Origin: a virus
Taxonomy: Duplodnaviria; Caudoviricetes
IMG/VR virus record: IMGVR_UViG_3300032305_000462
Span: 1 to 33,191 of that record
Reading direction: 5' to 3' (one strand)
DNA length: 33,191 nt
Part shown: positions 1 to 10,489 of the stretch, piece by piece
Layout: each line of letters begins with the position of its first letter
Position numbering within the stretch: the first letter of the stretch is position 1
The notes under the pieces: generated by a model
The model's input: the letters and a program-made list of their open reading frames with translations, nothing else
Databases searched by the model: none
What the model was told of the DNA's origin: nothing
Made by a program: the position numbers and the translations under genes

Positions 1-123
1 AAGCTTGACATATAAAGCCGTACCTAATGCCGGTAAGATGTACATATCTTGAGCCGTTTTTATTTCAGGCATAATTAACTTGTCATCAATATTAGAATGA
101 ACTGCCGTTCTTTCCTTGATTGC
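1..123. repeat. 123-bp terminal direct repeat (identical to 33069-33191), assembly circularity overlap
   Basis: aagcttgacatataaagccg...tccttgattgc occurs at both ends, and an ORF reads straight across the join. Confidence 0.95.
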
Positions 124-154
124 ATTCGCTCCTATAAATAATGTATTCTTCATA

Positions 155-2116
155 TTATCCTTTCTTTATAACTGTCTGAGCAAACCACCTATGTCTGCAA
201 CTTGGAGAAGCTTGACCATTAGGCTGAGTCCACCATCCACCTCGCCTATCAAATACACTATATCCTAACCTTGCCGATATTGATTCAATTTCTGCTCGTG
301 AATATAACCTATCTAATTGCATTAGCCTGGCACAAAATACACGACTTGGATGGTCGGGTGAATTTCTTTCATTGCTTGGAATATCCGACCTCCATTCATA
401 AGAATACCTAATCATAAAACTTGTAGTACTTGGTTTAGGTGCATTCAATTCTGACAATGGCTTTGATAATTTTCTTTCCGTAATGCCTCTCGAAACTGAA
501 CTTCCAATAATACCTCGCTTTTCTAAACCATCTAAAACACGGTTTACAATATCGACATCCACTCGAATAGTACCGGCAATGACTTCAGCCGATATCCGTT
601 TATCCTTTTGAATTAAGTCCAATATGTTAGCCTCTAATCCGCTTAATGCTTGCTCTGCAAATTCTAAATGTAAAGCCTCTTCTAATTCATTTGGAACCTG
701 ACTAAATACCTCTCTTGATTTAAAGATTGAATAATCTTTTTTTGATACTCCAAATTCTTCAAATACTTTTACAACATCATCTTCGCTAAAATTAAATCCA
801 CTTGGCGCATTTTGAATGTCTTCCCCACCTTGCTCGGGAATTAAACCAACTAATGCACGTATTTCGTTTGCAGTCATTGACTCAAGTACTTTATTAGCAA
901 CCAATGGACTTAATGAATTAATCGCATCAATTACATCTTGAGAAGTTGAAGAAGTTTTTGGCTCCAATGCTGGCGCTCCTAACTTTTCACGAATCTCATC
1001 TTTTGTTAAATTAGCTGCTATAATTGTTTCAGTAAACTCTATGCCAATCGGCTCACAAGGTACGATTTGGAGTTCTGAATTAGCACCGTGTAGTTTGGCA
1101 AGTAAACTGAATACTTGCTCAAGAAATATTTGCTTATCATTTACGTAGGTATTTTTAAAAATTTCGTAAGAATCTCGCATTTGTTGGCGTGTTCCTAATT
1201 GACCAGGGGTAGAAATTCCAAATAAATCGGGAGCAGTAATTTGATGACCGGCAAAGATGTTTTGCTGAATCATTTTATCTACATTTCCAAAATCCTCTTT
1301 AGTTATATCACTCGCTCCTAAATCCTCAATGACTGGCTTCCTTGAAGCATCATTTACAAAAGAAAGTATAAACTTTTTACCATCACTGCCTGTAAACCTA
1401 TCAGTAAATTTACGTTCAATTTGGCGCTTCTCATCATCTGATGGCTCGCCATTTGGTAACGTAATTAATTTACTTGCACTAAATCCCGTTTGGGCATTAC
1501 CTAAAACGTGCTTAGATATTTCGATGTCGGACTCAACGTAATTTAAAGCACCAAAATAACCTGGTAAAGCATAAGCATTTAAGTTAGGTCGATACTCCTT
1601 TAAATACATTATTTGAGTGCCTTGTCTTAACTGAGAATTAAAGCCATTATAAATTTCTCTTTTATACTTTCTATCCTCCCAATTTTCCGAAAACCAAAAC
1701 TGAGTATTATCAGCATTTGTACGAATTTTAGTGTAATCAATGTGATACACCTCAGCAAGATTTTCACCCGTTAAGCTCCAAATAATTTGTAAGTAAGCAC
1801 CTCCAAAAAGTTCAATATCAATTGATGCTTTTCTTAATACTTCCGTTAAAGATTCTACCCGGTTAGCTTGCGCAATGAATTGCTCACCAATTGGGTCAAC
1901 ACCATCTTTTATTTTAAATCCGTTTCCAGTAATATAATTAACCTTACCTTTAATTATAGCGTTATGCTTAGCAGATTTATTATATAAATCTACTAAGTAG
2001 TTAGGATAATCATTCTTTTTTCCAAATTCAATATAACCTTCTCCATCGCCTTTTTTCTCCCGGTATTCGGGTTGCCTCGCCTCTGCAAAAGTTAAAACCA
2101 TTAATTGATTGCTCAT
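155..2116 (-). CDS. Portal protein with C-terminal winged-HTH and MuF/minor-head-like extension
   Basis: Portal-like motifs (FGKKNDYP, SAKHNAII, FGGAYLQI, Y.LPGY, IFAGHQI, LTKDEIRE). The C-terminus carries an HTH-like segment and an SRVFC...RGGWW...CRHRW motif. Confidence 0.85.
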   Translation of the reverse strand: MSNQLMVLTFAEARQPEYREKKGDGEGYIEFGKKNDYPNYLVDLYNKSAKHNAIIKGKVNYITGNGFKIKDGVDPIGEQFIAQANRVESLTEVLRKASIDIELFGGAYLQIIWSLTGENLAEVYHIDYTKIRTNADNTQFWFSENWEDRKYKREIYNGFNSQLRQGTQIMYLKEYRPNLNAYALPGYFGALNYVESDIEISKHVLGNAQTGFSASKLITLPNGEPSDDEKRQIERKFTDRFTGSDGKKFILSFVNDASRKPVIEDLGASDITKEDFGNVDKMIQQNIFAGHQITAPDLFGISTPGQLGTRQQMRDSYEIFKNTYVNDKQIFLEQVFSLLAKLHGANSELQIVPCEPIGIEFTETIIAANLTKDEIREKLGAPALEPKTSSTSQDVIDAINSLSPLVANKVLESMTANEIRALVGLIPEQGGEDIQNAPSGFNFSEDDVVKVFEEFGVSKKDYSIFKSREVFSQVPNELEEALHLEFAEQALSGLEANILDLIQKDKRISAEVIAGTIRVDVDIVNRVLDGLEKRGIIGSSVSRGITERKLSKPLSELNAPKPSTTSFMIRYSYEWRSDIPSNERNSPDHPSRVFCARLMQLDRLYSRAEIESISARLGYSVFDRRGGWWTQPNGQASPSCRHRWFAQTVIKKG

Positions 2117-2499
2117 ATATCTCGTACTTTATACGTATTTGTTTGGTTGCTATAAGTAGTAAAATTAAACTGATTTGTATTGTTTAATGTGGCTTGTCCA
2201 CTTTCAAGTAATGAAGTAGCATTTGCCGGAATTAAATTAGAAGTAGAAATTTGCTCATAAATTTGATAAGTCCATTCACCAGGTAACTTATTAGCAAAAT
2301 AAGAATTTACCGTAATGTTAAAAGCGTTAAATCTACTTTTGTAATCTGATAAATCGGCATTATTTAAAATGACAAATGCCACAGTTTCATTCGTATTTCT
2401 TGACTTAAAATAAAATAGATAGTTGGGCGAAGTTAAAGTCGCCTTTTCGGTTAACGTTAATGTTATTTTATTTACCTGTCCTTTTATTAAATGTATCAT
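2113..2499 (-). CDS. Hypothetical virion protein (beta-rich)
   Basis: 128-aa ORF with an ATGA overlap onto the portal start, preceded by the late-promoter motif. Confidence 0.6.
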   Translation of the reverse strand: MIHLIKGQVNKITLTLTEKATLTSPNYLFYFKSRNTNETVAFVILNNADLSDYKSRFNAFNITVNSYFANKLPGEWTYQIYEQISTSNLIPANATSLLESGQATLNNTNQFNFTTYSNQTNTYKVRDI

Positions 2500-2503
2500 T
2501 ATT

Positions 2504-2513
2504 TATAAATAGC
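2504..2513 (-). promoter_or_regulatory. Putative phage late promoter GCTATTTATA
   Basis: The same motif recurs upstream of other late genes (4767, 11911, 25621) and here lies just downstream of a terminator. Confidence 0.6.
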
Positions 2514-2533
2514 ATTAGCAAAAATTCTTATAT

Positions 2534-2562
2534 AAAAAAAGGGAGAGCATCTGCTCCCCCCT
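2534..2562 (-). terminator. Intrinsic terminator after tail tube gene
   Basis: GGGGGAGCA-GA-TGCTCTCCC stem followed by TTTTTTT on the minus strand. Confidence 0.85.
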
Positions 2563-2586
2563 TACACGTCAACCAAACGACTAACT

Positions 2587-3108
2587 TTAAGCCCCTGGAG
2601 TAGTCAATGCAGTAAATACACCTGATGCTACCGTTGGCGCTAATTCTTTTTCCGTTGCTGAGAATGTCAATGTATAACCTGAACGGTCACCTTGAGCAGT
2701 TCCCGAAGCACCGTTACCACCCGTAATATTAATGCCGTTAATACGACCTAATAACCAGGTATTATCGTTATTGTCTTTTACCACACATAACAATGTATTT
2801 TGAGCCAATAAAAGAATTTCATTTCTTGTTGACACTTGTAATTTGTTGAAAACTATTGATAGTTCTTGAGCATAGAAAACCGTACCATTTTGGACATTAG
2901 CGTTAATGTTTTCAGTCATTGAAGAAGTACCAGGTACTAATTCATACTTGTAAAACCTTTTACCCGCTACTTTTGTCAATGCAGAAATCGAACCTGAAGC
3001 AGCCGTTATAGAACTAACATTTGCTTTTTCGATAAAATACACTTCCGTTATTCCACCTAATGAGTCACGACAATCTAAAGAATATCCTTGAGTTAAAGCA
3101 CACGGCAT
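2587..3108 (-). CDS. Putative major tail (tube) protein
   Basis: 173 aa, directly after the capsid gene. MPCALTQG..LDC..SLGGI start and SGT..GDRSGYTLTF motif resemble tail tube proteins. Confidence 0.7.
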   Translation of the reverse strand: MPCALTQGYSLDCRDSLGGITEVYFIEKANVSSITAASGSISALTKVAGKRFYKYELVPGTSSMTENINANVQNGTVFYAQELSIVFNKLQVSTRNEILLLAQNTLLCVVKDNNDNTWLLGRINGINITGGNGASGTAQGDRSGYTLTFSATEKELAPTVASGVFTALTTPGA

Positions 3109-3130
3109 AATTATTTTTCTTTAAAGTGTT

Positions 3131-3165
3131 AAAATTAGGGGAGTCGCATCCAAGCGATTCTCCCC
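3131..3165 (-). terminator. Stem-loop/weak terminator between capsid and tail tube genes
   Basis: GGGGAG-AA-TCGC-TTGGAT-GCGA-CTCCCC followed by an interrupted U-tract TAATTTT. Confidence 0.6.
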
Positions 3166-3182
3166 GAACTTATTTGTAAGAA

Positions 3183-4145
3183 TTAAGATAAGATAAAATC
3201 AACCATCTCATCAGGGAATGCAAACTGCACACCAAATTTAAACGCTGCCATAAACTTGATGTTCATTGCATAAGGGTCGTTTAATAATTCAAACTGCTCC
3301 TCCTCGTTTAACAAGTCAGTACCGATAAATAAGTTTGAAATACGACCAGCATAAATCTTAGAAGTACCGTTAAGTCCTCCAACTGCAATCACCTTAACGC
3401 TTGTACCTGGTAAAACAAATTCAGAATCTGCTGGACCATTAAAGTTGTAAGCAAATAAGTTTGAATTTTTTAAAGCTACTGTGTAAGTACGGAAAACATC
3501 GTAACCAACAAAAATAGAAACATCATCTTTATCAATGATAGTTACTGGAATCGCTCTATAAACTGCATCTAAAACAGCCACCACGTTTGAAGTTGTAATA
3601 CCAGCAGAAGCAGCCAAAGGAGTTCCGTAAAAAGTAGTCGTGTTTGCGTGAATTACTGAAGCTGAAGCAGCGGCAACTAATTTAACAAAACCATCAAACT
3701 TATTTAAGTTACCATTAGCTGATGCAGTATCACCTTGCCAAGAAGCAGTTTCTAATTGAGCAGCAATTCTCTGAGATTTTTTAGTAGTAAATTCAGTAGC
3801 AAATGCGATTGAATCATACATAGAACCAGCAGTTAATGCCTTTTGTAAATACTTAGACTCTAAGTTCTTTGGACATAATGCCTCTTGAACTTTAATTTTA
3901 CCAACTGTTACACTACGCTGAGTGAAAGTAGTTGTACCTGATGCGTTGAAACCGCAATCGCTATCATCTTGAAAGAAAGCATCAGTATCCATGATACCAA
4001 TTTTCTCTGAAGATTTTACTCCAACTAAAACGTTTCCTTGAGATTTAATCAAAGAAGCAGTTTTACTACCAAGAACCGAAGAAGTCACTAATAATGCTTC
4101 GTTTTCTTTTGCGTAATCCGTTAATGTACTTACAACAAATGCCAT
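3183..4145 (-). CDS. Major capsid protein
   Basis: 320 aa after protease and scaffold. WQGD...FDG motif and C-terminal beta-strands fit an HK97 fold. Confidence 0.85.
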   Translation of the reverse strand: MAFVVSTLTDYAKENEALLVTSSVLGSKTASLIKSQGNVLVGVKSSEKIGIMDTDAFFQDDSDCGFNASGTTTFTQRSVTVGKIKVQEALCPKNLESKYLQKALTAGSMYDSIAFATEFTTKKSQRIAAQLETASWQGDTASANGNLNKFDGFVKLVAAASASVIHANTTTFYGTPLAASAGITTSNVVAVLDAVYRAIPVTIIDKDDVSIFVGYDVFRTYTVALKNSNLFAYNFNGPADSEFVLPGTSVKVIAVGGLNGTSKIYAGRISNLFIGTDLLNEEEQFELLNDPYAMNIKFMAAFKFGVQFAFPDEMVDFILS

Positions 4146-4167
4146 AATTTTTGATTTTTAAAATTTT

Positions 4168-4746
4168 TTAATTTAATGTTTTAACTCTTTGTAAAAACCT
4201 TTCGATTTTATCAGCCTTTGGCTCGACAATTCTAAAGTTGTTTTTTGGGTTTTGAATTGGGTCAGCATTTGGAGCCTTTGAAAATCCTTCCAATACGCTT
4301 AACATCTCGCTAAATCCTTGATTAAATTTGCTCTCTAATTCTCCCAACTTGTTTTTTAATGCTTGATTTTCAGCTTGCAAGTAAGTTATAGTAGCATTCA
4401 TTTCATCAAATTGAGAATCGGCTTCCATTGGAGCCTCTTCGGAAGTTGGTAATTCAGCCACAGGACTTTCAATTCCTTCAACTTTGCCACCAACTACGGT
4501 CATCATTGTACCATCTGCTAATTCATACTCACCATCGGGAGCAGAAACAGAGTTACCTGATTCATCAACAAGCATAGCATCTGCGCCAATCTCTAAACCT
4601 GATAAATCGATTTTGCTACCATCTTTAAGGTCGTAAGTTTCGAATACCAATTGAGTCGCTGGCTCAGGTGCAATTTCTTCAGTTTGTGCCTCGGAATTAT
4701 CCGCTAACAAAATCTTAATTTTTTCAATCGCTTCTGAAATGTTCAT
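4168..4746 (-). CDS. Capsid scaffolding protein
   Basis: Acidic, APDGEYELADG motif, coiled-coil segment, located between protease and capsid. Confidence 0.7.
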   Translation of the reverse strand: MNISEAIEKIKILLADNSEAQTEEIAPEPATQLVFETYDLKDGSKIDLSGLEIGADAMLVDESGNSVSAPDGEYELADGTMMTVVGGKVEGIESPVAELPTSEEAPMEADSQFDEMNATITYLQAENQALKNKLGELESKFNQGFSEMLSVLEGFSKAPNADPIQNPKNNFRIVEPKADKIERFLQRVKTLN

Positions 4747-4766
4747 AAATTGTTTTACTGTTTGAT

Positions 4767-4775
4767 TATAAATAC
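4767..4775 (-). promoter_or_regulatory. Putative phage late promoter GTATTTATA
   Basis: Intergenic copy of the TATTTATA motif upstream of scaffold/capsid. Confidence 0.55.
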
Positions 4776-4793
4776 TTATTTGTTAATACTTTA

Positions 4794-5387
4794 TCATTTA
4801 ACTTGTTCTAAAATCGAACATATCTCAGACCATAATGCCTCCTCAACGCTCATCGGTTGTTTTTCTTTTTTGTAGTTAAATATCCCTTCAACGCTAAACC
4901 CTTTAAATTCACCTGATTTTATCTTATTCCAAACCGATTCATTTTCAACTTTAAAACTTCCAAACCAAGAACCTTCGGGCGCATCTTCAAAACCTTTCAT
5001 TGCCATAACTCCCCTGGATGAATCAACAATAAACGATTCGTACATCGTTACTCCTTCAACCGCCATAGCCTCATCGTGCATCAAGTTCACATTTGACTGA
5101 TAACCTTTCTTAAAAAACTTTTGTGCTATCTTCTCAATGGTATCTTTTGTAAACGTTACATAGTATTCACCATTTTGGTCGTTACGATAAATAGGAGTAT
5201 CGGCTAACATTAAAGCACCGGAAACAATTCTTCTATCTTCGGACTGAATGACAAATTTCGCCTTGTCCTCTTTAAACTTTAGGAAATCTCTTTCTATTGC
5301 TGGCTTATCAACCAAAGCAACAAAGTCCACTTCGACATCATCGTTTAAATCTTCACTAATCTCAAGTTGATATATTGGTAATTTCAT
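4794..5387 (-). CDS. Prohead protease, XkdF-like serine protease
   Basis: VALVDKPAIE, NLMH, GSWF and GEFKGFSVEG motifs. Confidence 0.85.
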   Translation of the reverse strand: MKLPIYQLEISEDLNDDVEVDFVALVDKPAIERDFLKFKEDKAKFVIQSEDRRIVSGALMLADTPIYRNDQNGEYYVTFTKDTIEKIAQKFFKKGYQSNVNLMHDEAMAVEGVTMYESFIVDSSRGVMAMKGFEDAPEGSWFGSFKVENESVWNKIKSGEFKGFSVEGIFNYKKEKQPMSVEEALWSEICSILEQVK

Positions 5388-5398
5388 ATTTTTATATT

Positions 5399-7150
5399 TT
5401 AAATTCTTGCTGAGTTTTCTATTCTTCTTATCCTCTTTTGGCTTCCGGTAATATCTGACTCAACTACGTAGGCACGTGCAGCAACATTGCCAATCGCATT
5501 TAAAGAAGTTGCATCTAATGAAGTTGGGGCATTAGGAGTGAAACTTGGAGGAACCGGAGCAGCGGATAATCTTGCACCGCCACCGCCTCCACTTGTATCG
5601 CTAACTCCTGGCATACTTGGAAGCGGAGTGTTTATAATTGAGTTTACACTTAATAATCCTTGCGCAATAGTCGCAGCCGCGGCAATAAAGTTAAATGGTG
5701 GTGGCAATTTTAACGCTGCCGTAGCACCTACATAAGTATTTATAGTAGCATCTGCAATACCTAAAGCCTTACCGGCAACCGTTCCCTCACCAGCCAATTG
5801 CATTCCAGTACGAAGTGCATTGGAAATTATTCCTAATTTTTGTTCCTGAGTTAATTGGGCAATCTTTACCTCACTTTCTGCACTTGCTTTTATTGACCTA
5901 TCCATCGCATTAGTGACTAATGCTATTGTTTTAGGCTTATTATTTTGAATTAAATCAAAGACATCTTTAACATCTTTTAATTCTTTGACTTCATTTTGAC
6001 CCGATTTTCGTTTAATCTTGTCAATTTCTTCAGCAGACTTTCTAACTAAATCAGCTTTTAATCTTTCATTATCAGAAAATAAAATTAAATCTTCTTCTAA
6101 TTGTTGTTTTACTTTTACTATCTTTTTATCATCCTCAGATAATCCAGCCTCCGCAAGTTCATTTAGCCTGGTGATTCTTGCTAACTCATTTGCTATTTCT
6201 TTGTCAATTCGTTCAGCTTGCTTTTTTAAATATTCATCATCTCCTTTTTTTTGAGTTGCTAAAACCGATTTTTTATAATTGCCTTCAATAACAATTAACT
6301 CGTTTTTAGAATCGGCTAATTGCTTTGTTTCTTCAGTTGATAATCTTACCCCATTTCTTTTTTTTGCCTCAAGTACATTTATATCCTCAGATGCTATTTG
6401 TTTTCTCTTATGGGATAATTCTCGTTCAGATGCACCTTGTGACTCAAGTACTTTTAATTCCCTTTCATATTGCTCTTTACGATTCTTTGAATTTTTGGCA
6501 TATAATTCTAATCCTCTATCAACTTGTGAAGTAATGCCAACAAAATCCGTGACTTTAGTAACTATATTACCAATAGCGTTGGCAATGGTTCCTAAACCTG
6601 GAACTAATTTTAAAACTGCATCCCTTACTTTATCAAAATTTGCAACTAATAAACCTAAACCTATGGCTAATGCACCTATTCCCGAAGCAATTAACGCACC
6701 TCTTAAAGTTGTAAATGAAGTTATTACCCTATCTCTTATTACATTTGCTAAGTTTTTAAATCCTTGAACTGAATCTAAAACGGTATTTAATCCTTCAGAA
6801 AATGCTAAAGCAGATTGTACTTTTAATAATTGCTTTTGAACGTTTTCGGATTCAATACCAAATAATCCCAAAGCACCTTGCGCCCCGGCAAATGCTCCAG
6901 CTACTCCTTGAATCGATTGAGAAAATGCTTTAAATTTTGCATCAGGATTAAATGCTTCAATTGTTGATTTAGCATCAGCAATGCGGTCTTTTAATTCGGC
7001 TGCTCTTTTGGCTGCATTTGCTAATTCTTGAGAACTTGCTCCAGCAGTATTTTGCAAACGCACTAATTCTTGTGTTGCTTCTCTTAATTGACTTCGAATA
7101 CTTCTTGTATCCGCAACTAAATCAATACCTACTTTTGCATTTTCAGCCAT
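5399..7150 (-). CDS. Tail tape measure protein
   Basis: 583 aa, Ala/Gly-rich helical and coiled-coil segments, C-terminal AYVVESDIT motif. Confidence 0.8.
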   Translation of the reverse strand: MAENAKVGIDLVADTRSIRSQLREATQELVRLQNTAGASSQELANAAKRAAELKDRIADAKSTIEAFNPDAKFKAFSQSIQGVAGAFAGAQGALGLFGIESENVQKQLLKVQSALAFSEGLNTVLDSVQGFKNLANVIRDRVITSFTTLRGALIASGIGALAIGLGLLVANFDKVRDAVLKLVPGLGTIANAIGNIVTKVTDFVGITSQVDRGLELYAKNSKNRKEQYERELKVLESQGASERELSHKRKQIASEDINVLEAKKRNGVRLSTEETKQLADSKNELIVIEGNYKKSVLATQKKGDDEYLKKQAERIDKEIANELARITRLNELAEAGLSEDDKKIVKVKQQLEEDLILFSDNERLKADLVRKSAEEIDKIKRKSGQNEVKELKDVKDVFDLIQNNKPKTIALVTNAMDRSIKASAESEVKIAQLTQEQKLGIISNALRTGMQLAGEGTVAGKALGIADATINTYVGATAALKLPPPFNFIAAAATIAQGLLSVNSIINTPLPSMPGVSDTSGGGGGARLSAAPVPPSFTPNAPTSLDATSLNAIGNVAARAYVVESDITGSQKRIRRIENSARI

Positions 7151-7151
7151 C

Positions 7152-9341
7152 TTAATCGTATGTTAATTCAATTACCCTTAATAATTCTACCTTAGTCGTT
7201 TGTACAATGTTGGGGTTAAAATCAATTACTTTATTTAATCTCCAAAGTGCGCCATCGATATAAATCAATTGAGCAAAATCGAGTAAATAAATATCTTGAA
7301 CCGTTAAATATAAATAGCAACTTAGAAGCTTACTATCCTTGTTAATAATTTCAGCTAAATATTCATCCCACCATACATTAAATAAATTAGCCGATGGATA
7401 TGGATTTGCTAAACTAAAATACAATTCGTTTGGTACTCCAAAATTAATGTCAGCGGTTGGCTCAGCTGGGTCATCTAAATGACCAGCATAACCGTAGGTA
7501 GTTAAACCTGTTATTAAATTGCCTTCTCCTTCTGAAGATTCTTGTTTAATTCTCCAAGAAGTTGCAGTCGTAGAATTTTTAAATAACATAATTCTAATGT
7601 TATTATCTTTACGTTCTTGGACTCTGCTGGTTGCTTTATATAAATTGGCTCTTAATTTATTATCATTACCACTTTCAGCAGTTAAAATACTTGGACTAAA
7701 TATTACTTTTACCTCACTTCTATCATCTGCAAATTGAAAGCCTGTATCTTCTTTTCTATCTCCGTAGCTTTGATTATATTTTTTATTGTAAATCTCATTA
7801 TAATAATCATCGTCCTCAGTATATAAAAAATCATAGTACCTGGCATTTAATTCCGACATTGGTTTAATCGAAATCTCTTTAGAATAATCTAACTTATTAG
7901 ACCAATCAATAGAATCAGCAATAGGGTCAGATAGCAAAAGTAAACCGGTAGCATCGCCAGGCTCACCGTGTAATAATAACTCACCTAAATCATTTGTTTT
8001 TAAAAACCCAGCACCAGTTCTATAAAATTCAATATATGGCTCAATTAATAAATGAGTCGTTTTATTTGGGTCTTCATAAACATACAAATTAAACATTCTG
8101 CATATTGATGCAAAGAAGTCTTTTTGTTGAATGCCTTTAGGCAATAAATGACCCATATTTAAAATAGAATTTCTTAAAGCATTTGCAGACTGCGCATAAT
8201 CAGCAGTAAATTCTAAAAATAAATTAGGGTCTAATGTTACATAAGTTTCACTTGCAGTAAAATTACCGTTAACGACTAAAATATCTCCAACCGCTAAAGA
8301 AGTTGACATTAGCCAATCAATATTAAATACTTGATAATCTGAAACTGATGTAAACGTTTCAGTGTATAATGTAGTTGCTGATTGATAAACGGTAAGCGTA
8401 AAAGTTCCCGGTCTTGATAAAGATATTTGACCGTAAAGATGAACTTTACCAAGTGCTGAAACTGCACCTGCAAATGTAAAAGATTTATTCGAAGCGTCTT
8501 TTGTAAAATTTACTAAATTAGTAATTGTATTAAATGCTAAATCATCGGATGCGCTTGTATTTGTTGTACTATCTATGGCATTATTTCCATAAACTAATAA
8601 TAAATCCTTTGTTAATTGCTCAAGATTAGCTTTGTTATTAGGTATTATTAAACTCCTAAAAAAAGGAGTGTCAAAAAATGCAGAAGTATACGTGTAATTT
8701 GAATTTAAAATAATTTTGTCCATTAATTCACGAACAAAAAAAGCGGGTCTAAAAGCATTTAAATGCCAATCGTGACCTAAGTGATTAGTCGGATGTCTAC
8801 ATAGTCCGTAATCAATTAACGGATATACAATACCTAAACCACTTGCTACACCGGAAGCAGTCCAAGAATTAACAACATTTGTTTCATTCCAAGCTTGATT
8901 GTATTGATTAAAATCGCTCATATCCTCAAGCAACTTATTTCCAATTGCTGAAGCAAACCCACCTAATTCACCAAATACTGCACATTGATACTCTATGACT
9001 CCGTTCTGAATGGTTATCTCCAAAAGGCGTAAAACTCCCTTAAATACTTGTATTTTGTTGACAAATATTTGACAATTTGCTTGTCGTGTCGGGTCGAAAT
9101 TGTTATTAACATTAACGAAATTACCGTTGTCGTCAGTTGTACGAATATTACCACTGGTAAAATTATAAATATGACCAAAAATCTTGTTGTTATTTGCGTT
9201 ACCAGGAACGTTAATTGTTTTAGAATAATTCGTATTCCTCGCTGAAAAGTCTTTAATGTCATCTATTGCGTAGTTTAGTTCTGCTCCTAAATCCTCAAAT
9301 AAATCGAGTCTTTGTTGTTCTATTATTATTTCGGTTATCAT
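7152..9341 (-). CDS. Tail tip / baseplate hub-like protein
   Basis: 729 aa with DIKD...R.TNYSKTI.VPG N-terminus and W.LNKVIDFNP...TKVELL C-terminus, next to the tape measure gene. Confidence 0.65.
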   Translation of the reverse strand: MITEIIIEQQRLDLFEDLGAELNYAIDDIKDFSARNTNYSKTINVPGNANNNKIFGHIYNFTSGNIRTTDDNGNFVNVNNNFDPTRQANCQIFVNKIQVFKGVLRLLEITIQNGVIEYQCAVFGELGGFASAIGNKLLEDMSDFNQYNQAWNETNVVNSWTASGVASGLGIVYPLIDYGLCRHPTNHLGHDWHLNAFRPAFFVRELMDKIILNSNYTYTSAFFDTPFFRSLIIPNNKANLEQLTKDLLLVYGNNAIDSTTNTSASDDLAFNTITNLVNFTKDASNKSFTFAGAVSALGKVHLYGQISLSRPGTFTLTVYQSATTLYTETFTSVSDYQVFNIDWLMSTSLAVGDILVVNGNFTASETYVTLDPNLFLEFTADYAQSANALRNSILNMGHLLPKGIQQKDFFASICRMFNLYVYEDPNKTTHLLIEPYIEFYRTGAGFLKTNDLGELLLHGEPGDATGLLLLSDPIADSIDWSNKLDYSKEISIKPMSELNARYYDFLYTEDDDYYNEIYNKKYNQSYGDRKEDTGFQFADDRSEVKVIFSPSILTAESGNDNKLRANLYKATSRVQERKDNNIRIMLFKNSTTATSWRIKQESSEGEGNLITGLTTYGYAGHLDDPAEPTADINFGVPNELYFSLANPYPSANLFNVWWDEYLAEIINKDSKLLSCYLYLTVQDIYLLDFAQLIYIDGALWRLNKVIDFNPNIVQTTKVELLRVIELTYD

Positions 9342-10489
9342 TAACGATATTGGCTAAATTGTTTTTGACCTAAATCAAACTGAAGTTGATAGTTAAATAA
9401 TTTATCTGAAGTGCTTATTTTTTCTTGCCAATTTGTATCCTTTAAAATAATAGGATAATAATCACTTACACCTCCGTTTATGATGTGTAAATACACTTCA
9501 TTAGAAGCAAGCAATTCAGCCCCAAGTGCATAATCTACGGCAGATATGTAATCACTTGTTACCAGGTAACTATAATCTATTTGAGTGGCTAATGCTTGCG
9601 CCCCACCGTAATGAACTCCCGAACTTGATTTGTGAGCCATAGTGACTCCGCTTCTTTGGTACTCAGCAGTTTGGTAGGTCGTTCTCTTAAAATTCTTTTG
9701 CTGGCGATTAAGTAACCTAAAACTAAAAGTGTCATAACCCCCAAATTGATTTTGGAATACTAAATTTATGGGAGTAAATCTTGTCGCACATACTTGCTTT
9801 ATAATTATAGTATCTGAGCCAATAGTGACTTTGTATCCATAGGTTGAATCCGTAATAAATGAACTACCTAAATATGTATTTATAGCGCTTGGACTTAAAT
9901 CCAAAAGCAAACTTGATAAACTTGATAAACTTGCCCCGGTTGATGGACTTGAGTTATTGCTTCCATCCTCATTTATTTTTTGAATGGTTGCCGTTACCGC
10001 TGATAAGTTGGCATTGAAATAAGTAATAAAAAACTTTTCTCCGCTTATTACCTCTCCGGCATTCCTATCTCGTGTCGTTAAAAACTTATTTGCATAAGTA
10101 GAAATAGAAGTCCTAAACGGATTTAATGAATAATTCCAGCCTTTAGAATTTTCCGAAGTTCTAAAAATAAGTTCTTGCCCTGACCACTCCTCACCTAAAT
10201 TTATCGTGTAGTCAACGAATAAGAATGAGCCAGCGAACTGTAAGACTGAATTTCCTGATGGGTTAAAACCGTTTCCAAAGTAGTTTCGTACAATGGGAGC
10301 AACATCGAGTACACCATAACCTCCTGAGTCGGGATAATTTTTAAGTGTGGCGACATCTGAGCCACCAATTTGTATTTTAAATACATATTTAAAAGATGAT
10401 TGTGAATTATTGGTTGAAGAAACAATATGCCAAAGACTATCGTGAGCCGATGTATATGATGCCGGTACCAAATTGCTTACGTATGCCAT
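9341..10489 (-). CDS. Tail protein (distal-tail-like)
   Basis: 382 aa with FQNQFGGYDTFSF and ELLASNEVY motifs, coupled to both neighbours. Confidence 0.6.
   Translation of the reverse strand: MAYVSNLVPASYTSAHDSLWHIVSSTNNSQSSFKYVFKIQIGGSDVATLKNYPDSGGYGVLDVAPIVRNYFGNGFNPSGNSVLQFAGSFLFVDYTINLGEEWSGQELIFRTSENSKGWNYSLNPFRTSISTYANKFLTTRDRNAGEVISGEKFFITYFNANLSAVTATIQKINEDGSNNSSPSTGASLSSLSSLLLDLSPSAINTYLGSSFITDSTYGYKVTIGSDTIIIKQVCATRFTPINLVFQNQFGGYDTFSFRLLNRQQKNFKRTTYQTAEYQRSGVTMAHKSSSGVHYGGAQALATQIDYSYLVTSDYISAVDYALGAELLASNEVYLHIINGGVSDYYPIILKDTNWQEKISTSDKLFNYQLQFDLGQKQFSQYR

Noticed and set aside
1-123. Terminal repeat as a physical DTR or attL/attR
   Set aside because: It falls mid-gene and the ORF is restored on circularisation, as expected for an assembler overlap. 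No integrase or host flank is present.
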